From the NCBI GenBank assembly GCA_963724765.1, contig CAVRVY010000001.1, positions 448,001 through 512,000 of the forward strand: a stretch of 64,000 nt of DNA, given 5' to 3'. Both the position numbers and the translations under genes were made by a program. Positions 60,057 to 64,000 of the stretch are shown here, in pieces; within the stretch, counting starts at the first letter, position 1, and each line of letters opens with the position of its first letter. This DNA comes from an uncultured delta proteobacterium (lineage in GTDB: Bacteria > Desulfobacterota > Binatia > Binatales > Binataceae). The notes under the pieces were generated by a model. It made no database searches and was not told the origin of the DNA. It worked only from the letters and a program-made list of their open reading frames with translations.

Positions 60057-61034
60057 CTAGGCGGATGGCATTTGCTGAATTGCGGTCAATTCGCGGGCCG
60101 CGCGTGCTAAGAAAAGCAGTCCAATCAATCCGTTACAGAACATAAAAGTGAAGTGTGCAGCGAGACTGTACGCCAGAATCCTCGCCTCCGGGGCACTCCC
60201 CGAAAAGAAGAGAATCCAGGCCGCCTGACTGGTACCCAGATGTGCCGCTGCGATGGGCAGCGCCGCTGCAAGAAATACGAGCGGGAGAAACAGCACCAAC
60301 TTCATGAGTGGAATGGTGATTCCGTATAATGCAAGAGCGAAGTGCTGTGTTAAAAGCGACGCAAGGAAACCGGGAGCCTTTATGCCAAGGACAACGGCGT
60401 AGTCCCATGGTCGGGCGGCTAGAAACGTGCCGGCCACAGCACCAAGCTTGCTGTCCTCAATCCATGCTCGCACCCGATTGTTCCGCCTTGCAAGCGCAAA
60501 AACACCGATGATGCTAGCGAGCGTCAACCAGGCGACAACATACGCAATTCGCAGGAAATGGACTATTTCCAGTTGTCGCGGTGAGTTAGGATGATAGAAC
60601 ACTACGCCTAGCGTCGAGAACAGGAAAAGCTGATAGATCTCCATCAGCCCGATAAGCAGAATTGAGCTGAGTATTTGGAGGAATGGAACTCCGGCCTTGC
60701 GATGCAAATACCAGGTAACGCCGCCCTGCCCGAGGTTGGTGTTGATCATTGAGAGCAGGTACATGCTGGCGCGGATCGGCATGATATCGCGAAGTCGCAT
60801 CGGGCTATTGAAGCGGCGAACGACCCACGTCAGGCAGAGAGAATCGATAATCCAATAGAAGGCACAAAACGGGAGAAAGACAACGAAGAACTTCAGCACC
60901 GGCGCCTGGGCGAGCGCCGCCGCGACATCGGCGACGGGTATGAGCCAGAAGATGAATGCAAAAATAAGTAGCGTCCCGATGTATGGAAGAGCCCTTCTCC
61001 CCAGACGTGACACAGGTGACGCAACAAACGCCAT
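60057..61034 (-). CDS. Lysylphosphatidylglycerol synthase TM (flippase-like) domain protein
   Basis: Multi-TM with LPI..HLGT.Q motif. Confidence 0.7.
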   Translation of the reverse strand: MAFVASPVSRLGRRALPYIGTLLIFAFIFWLIPVADVAAALAQAPVLKFFVVFLPFCAFYWIIDSLCLTWVVRRFNSPMRLRDIMPIRASMYLLSMINTNLGQGGVTWYLHRKAGVPFLQILSSILLIGLMEIYQLFLFSTLGVVFYHPNSPRQLEIVHFLRIAYVVAWLTLASIIGVFALARRNNRVRAWIEDSKLGAVAGTFLAARPWDYAVVLGIKAPGFLASLLTQHFALALYGITIPLMKLVLFLPLVFLAAALPIAAAHLGTSQAAWILFFSGSAPEARILAYSLAAHFTFMFCNGLIGLLFLARAARELTAIQQMPSA

Positions 61035-61349
61035 ACTATTGGACCTCAGACGGGGCTAATAATGCGCTGGATCATTATCTGACATGAGCATGGCTGCAAT
61101 GCGATTCAAGTCGCCACTCAACGCCTTGGCGAGGTGCTTGGGTTCGCAGTGAAACACGGCGACGCGCTGACGGCGGATCCGCAAATTCGGGAGGTGCTGG
61201 GCACTTCCTGGTTCGACTGCCACTCGACCCAGCAGCTCAACTGTCCCGCCCGCCCTCACTTCCAAGGTTTACTCAATTGAGCGGGAGTCTCGCGCCGCAC
61301 CCGTTACGAAGCTGCTTCCTCTCTGTGCCTGTGCTCTTGGAGTCACGAT

Positions 61350-62108
61350 TCATCGCGGCGGTACAATAATGGTCACCTTCCGCGCCTGTGGACCCATTGC
61401 CCATGTGATGTAGCCGCTCGTTTCGACCTTGACTTGAACCAAGTCGGAAACCTTGAACAGGTGCGGCGGAATTGTCCGGAGCACTGGCAGCATATAAGCA
61501 AAAATTGAGAACATCCTCGGTGAAGCCCCCGTCTCGGGCTCTCTGGTTGAGTTTATGATCTGAGTTGGTGACAGCACGTTCGGACTTTCGACACCCCATT
61601 CCACGTAAGGGACGAGAAAATCACATGCCGCTGTTACCTGATCGCCCAATAGATGACCGTGTACCTGGATCGTTATCTCGTGGAGGCTCCCTTGCACCTC
61701 CATCAGACCCGTTATCTGTCCGTAAAAATTATTTTGCGAGTCGCGAATACCCTGGATCTTCTGCGGGATGAAAGTGATTTCGGGATAGCGGGCGACATCG
61801 AGCACGCCATTCCTTATGATGGCATCGCGCAACTGTTCTTTGCTGTCCTCGCTGGCGGCGTCTATTTCGATTTTACCGGTGGCATTGCCAGTTTCGGGAT
61901 CGACGCGAATGTTTCCGCTTTTGAGTGCGAACCGGCCGTTGGTCGTGTGGAGGTTTCCTAGTAGCGTGAAATCGATATTGGTGTGCGCAGGATCGAGTTG
62001 AACAATGTCGGTCTGCGGCAGGGCATTCGATTGCGCATGGGCAATCGGAATCGGCTGTGCATTCAGGGCTGCGACTGCAGCCGCAAAAACATAGGATCTC
62101 AACATCAT
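61350..62108 (-). CDS. YceI family lipid/quinone-binding protein
   Basis: Signal peptide, LDPAHT.I.F, RD and LDV.RYP.I.F. Confidence 0.8.
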   Translation of the reverse strand: MMLRSYVFAAAVAALNAQPIPIAHAQSNALPQTDIVQLDPAHTNIDFTLLGNLHTTNGRFALKSGNIRVDPETGNATGKIEIDAASEDSKEQLRDAIIRNGVLDVARYPEITFIPQKIQGIRDSQNNFYGQITGLMEVQGSLHEITIQVHGHLLGDQVTAACDFLVPYVEWGVESPNVLSPTQIINSTREPETGASPRMFSIFAYMLPVLRTIPPHLFKVSDLVQVKVETSGYITWAMGPQARKVTIIVPPR

Positions 62109-62240
62109 AGCGCTTCGCCTATAACTCCGGGAGTTCAACTGTTGAACCTGAGCAGTCTCCCAAAACCAACCCGCGATCTCGTTAATGTCGATCGAAATTG
62201 CAGAAATGACAGAAATGATCCTCCTGACCATCTACAACTC

Positions 62241-63371
62241 CTATCTCTGAGCGGGACTCACGCAAACGAAATGGCGAGCAAATCTGGCGATAACACCAGG
62301 CGGAATGGCGCTTAGCGATAATGCCGCCGTATGAACGCCGAGCATGAACCCGAACATCTGCGATTGCGAATTCAGTGCATGTAACACCCGACGCCGTAGC
62401 CCCGCCCGAGCACCGACGCAGAGCATTAGGTTGGCCATGCGTCTAGGCACACGAGTGATATGCCGGTGAACAATCTGATATTTCGCAAGATCCTGCTGCT
62501 CGACGGCCTCGGCGAGCGTGAGGGCCTGGCGGAACCCAAGTGAAAGACCTTCGCCTGTAAGAGCGTCGACCGACCCGGAGGCGTCCCCGACTAGCGCGAC
62601 TCGGTCGCGGACGACAGAACGTATCTCGCTGGACCCGGAAACTGCTCCCCGGACGGAACTGGTCGCACGCGCACCCCTTAGGCGTCGACAAAGCTCCGGA
62701 AAGAGCTCGATCAGTTCCGCCATAGGTCCGCAATGGGCGCTTGCGAAAACTGAAATGCACACTTCGTTCCAGGCTATGGGTGTCACAACCGCCTGCCCCA
62801 GGTTATGCCAATGCACTTCGACGAAATCGGTCCACGGCCTCGCCCGGAAATGCTGCCGAAGTCCGATTCTGCGGCGAGCGTTCGAAGGTAGTCGAAATCC
62901 TGCCCATCGCCTGACGCGCGATTCGCGGCCATCTGCGCCCACGATCCATCGACATGGCACATTTCGTCCGGCTATCCGGACCCCGGCGCTGCTCACGCCA
63001 GTAACGGGCTCACCCCAGCGCGTGACGACGCCAGCTTCCTCAGCTCGAAGGGCCAACATTTGATGAAGGACGGGGCGTCGAATACCGAGACCATGTCCCA
63101 CAACTGCAGGAAAATAAGCTTCGGCGGATAATCCCGCATCTATAAAGCGGATGCCATAAAAGGGAAGAGCGTTACTATTACTAGTGTCTACTTGTACACC
63201 TAGGACACGAAGGGCCGAGACTCCTTCAGGCATAACGCCTTCGCCACAGGGCTTGTCGATCGGCGGCTGAGCCTTATCTGCGACGAGTACTTCGAGGCCA
63301 CGCTGGCGAGCTGCGATCGCAGCGGCAAGTCCGACGGGGCCGCCGCCGACAACGACAAGGTCCGGTGCCAT
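62241..63371 (-). CDS. FAD-dependent oxidoreductase (geranylgeranyl reductase/SrsC-like)
   Basis: GGGPVG, DKPCGEG, GADG and GDA.G.VDALTGEG. Confidence 0.9.
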   Translation of the reverse strand: MAPDLVVVGGGPVGLAAAIAARQRGLEVLVADKAQPPIDKPCGEGVMPEGVSALRVLGVQVDTSNSNALPFYGIRFIDAGLSAEAYFPAVVGHGLGIRRPVLHQMLALRAEEAGVVTRWGEPVTGVSSAGVRIAGRNVPCRWIVGADGRESRVRRWAGFRLPSNARRRIGLRQHFRARPWTDFVEVHWHNLGQAVVTPIAWNEVCISVFASAHCGPMAELIELFPELCRRLRGARATSSVRGAVSGSSEIRSVVRDRVALVGDASGSVDALTGEGLSLGFRQALTLAEAVEQQDLAKYQIVHRHITRVPRRMANLMLCVGARAGLRRRVLHALNSQSQMFGFMLGVHTAALSLSAIPPGVIARFARHFVCVSPAQR

Positions 63372-63375
63372 CTAC

Positions 63376-64000
63376 TTACCAGCGAATCAGAATCAATTCG
63401 GAGCAGAACCCCGGGCCCATCGCCGCAAGCAGACCGAGCGTACCCGGCTTAGGCCGACAGGACGTCATCGTCTCTTCCAGGACGAGCAACACGGACGCCG
63501 ACGATATGTTGCCGTGTCGGCGCAGACAGTCCCACGACAGCTTTAAGTCATGGTCGGAAAGACCCAGCGCGCGTTCGACCGCCTCCAAAATCTTTGGCCC
63601 GCCCGTATGAATAACCCAGTTGCCGATATCGCTCCGGCTCAGGGCAAAGTCAGCCAGAAAGCGATCGAGGTCGGCACCTAAGTGCTGCTGAATAAGCTCC
63701 GGTAGTTTCGGAGACAAAACGATCCGGAAACCCTTTTCAGAGATGTCCCAGCCCATGATCTCCTCGGAATTGGGGTAGAAGACGGAGCGAGTTCCGAGAA
63801 TTGCGGGTCCGACGGACGGCCTCTCCGCGCCAACGACGATTACCGCTGCAGCACCATCGCCAAAGAGACCTGTCGAGATCAGATTTGGAGTCGACACGTC
63901 GTCGCGCTGCAGCGTCAGCGAACAGACCTCGACCGCCAGCAGCGCGGCGGCTTGTGTGGGATAAGCCCTCACGTAGTCAGCCGCGCGGGTTAGGCCAGTC
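63376..64000 (-). CDS. Type III polyketide synthase (5' end outside window)
   Basis: VEVCSL, LFGDGA, IHTGG, GNISSAS and MGPGF; frame open to the window edge. Confidence 0.92.
   Translation of the reverse strand, partial: TGLTRAADYVRAYPTQAAALLAVEVCSLTLQRDDVSTPNLISTGLFGDGAAAVIVVGAERPSVGPAILGTRSVFYPNSEEIMGWDISEKGFRIVLSPKLPELIQQHLGADLDRFLADFALSRSDIGNWVIHTGGPKILEAVERALGLSDHDLKLSWDCLRRHGNISSASVLLVLEETMTSCRPKPGTLGLLAAMGPGFCSELILIRW

Noticed and set aside
1-64000. CRISPR array, rRNA or intact IS transposase
   Set aside because: No spaced repeat array, rRNA or transposase ORF seen.

Overview
GC-rich bacterial chromosome window. The gene content suggests a soil Binatota/Acidobacteria-like host, but this is inference only. 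1-11.7 kb is core-like: a short-chain chromate transporter pair, a CYTH-like gene, a hydrolase, a fused caa3 oxidase plus Rieske/cytochrome bc operon, NIPSNAP and tRNA-Lys(TTT). Just downstream of the tRNA and its att-arm-like repeats is the most notable feature, a 10,543-bp Mu-like element (11802-22344). It has TG...CA termini, the same 13-bp GGATGGTTTGATC motif at positions 12-24 from each end and a perfect 5-bp target-site duplication (ACGAC). It keeps gemA, mor, lysis, terS/terL, a portal 3' half and gpF, but has no transposase, MuB, capsid or tail genes, and its middle block is inverted. The rest is accessory DNA: a sigma54-driven TadG/TadE pair, a pseudo-tRNA-Lys copy, two Flp pilins, SigF-NrsF-MsrA, an orphan amine dehydrogenase heavy chain, a CusCBA-type pump, a partly decayed arsenic island (acr3 frameshift, arsRC, gapdh-arsJ, pstS, arsR, arsM, rhodanese, amber-interrupted ArsC-VOC fusion), a duplicated sigma54 promoter module and the end of a type III PKS cluster. 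Family calls come from motif recognition; no database searches were run.
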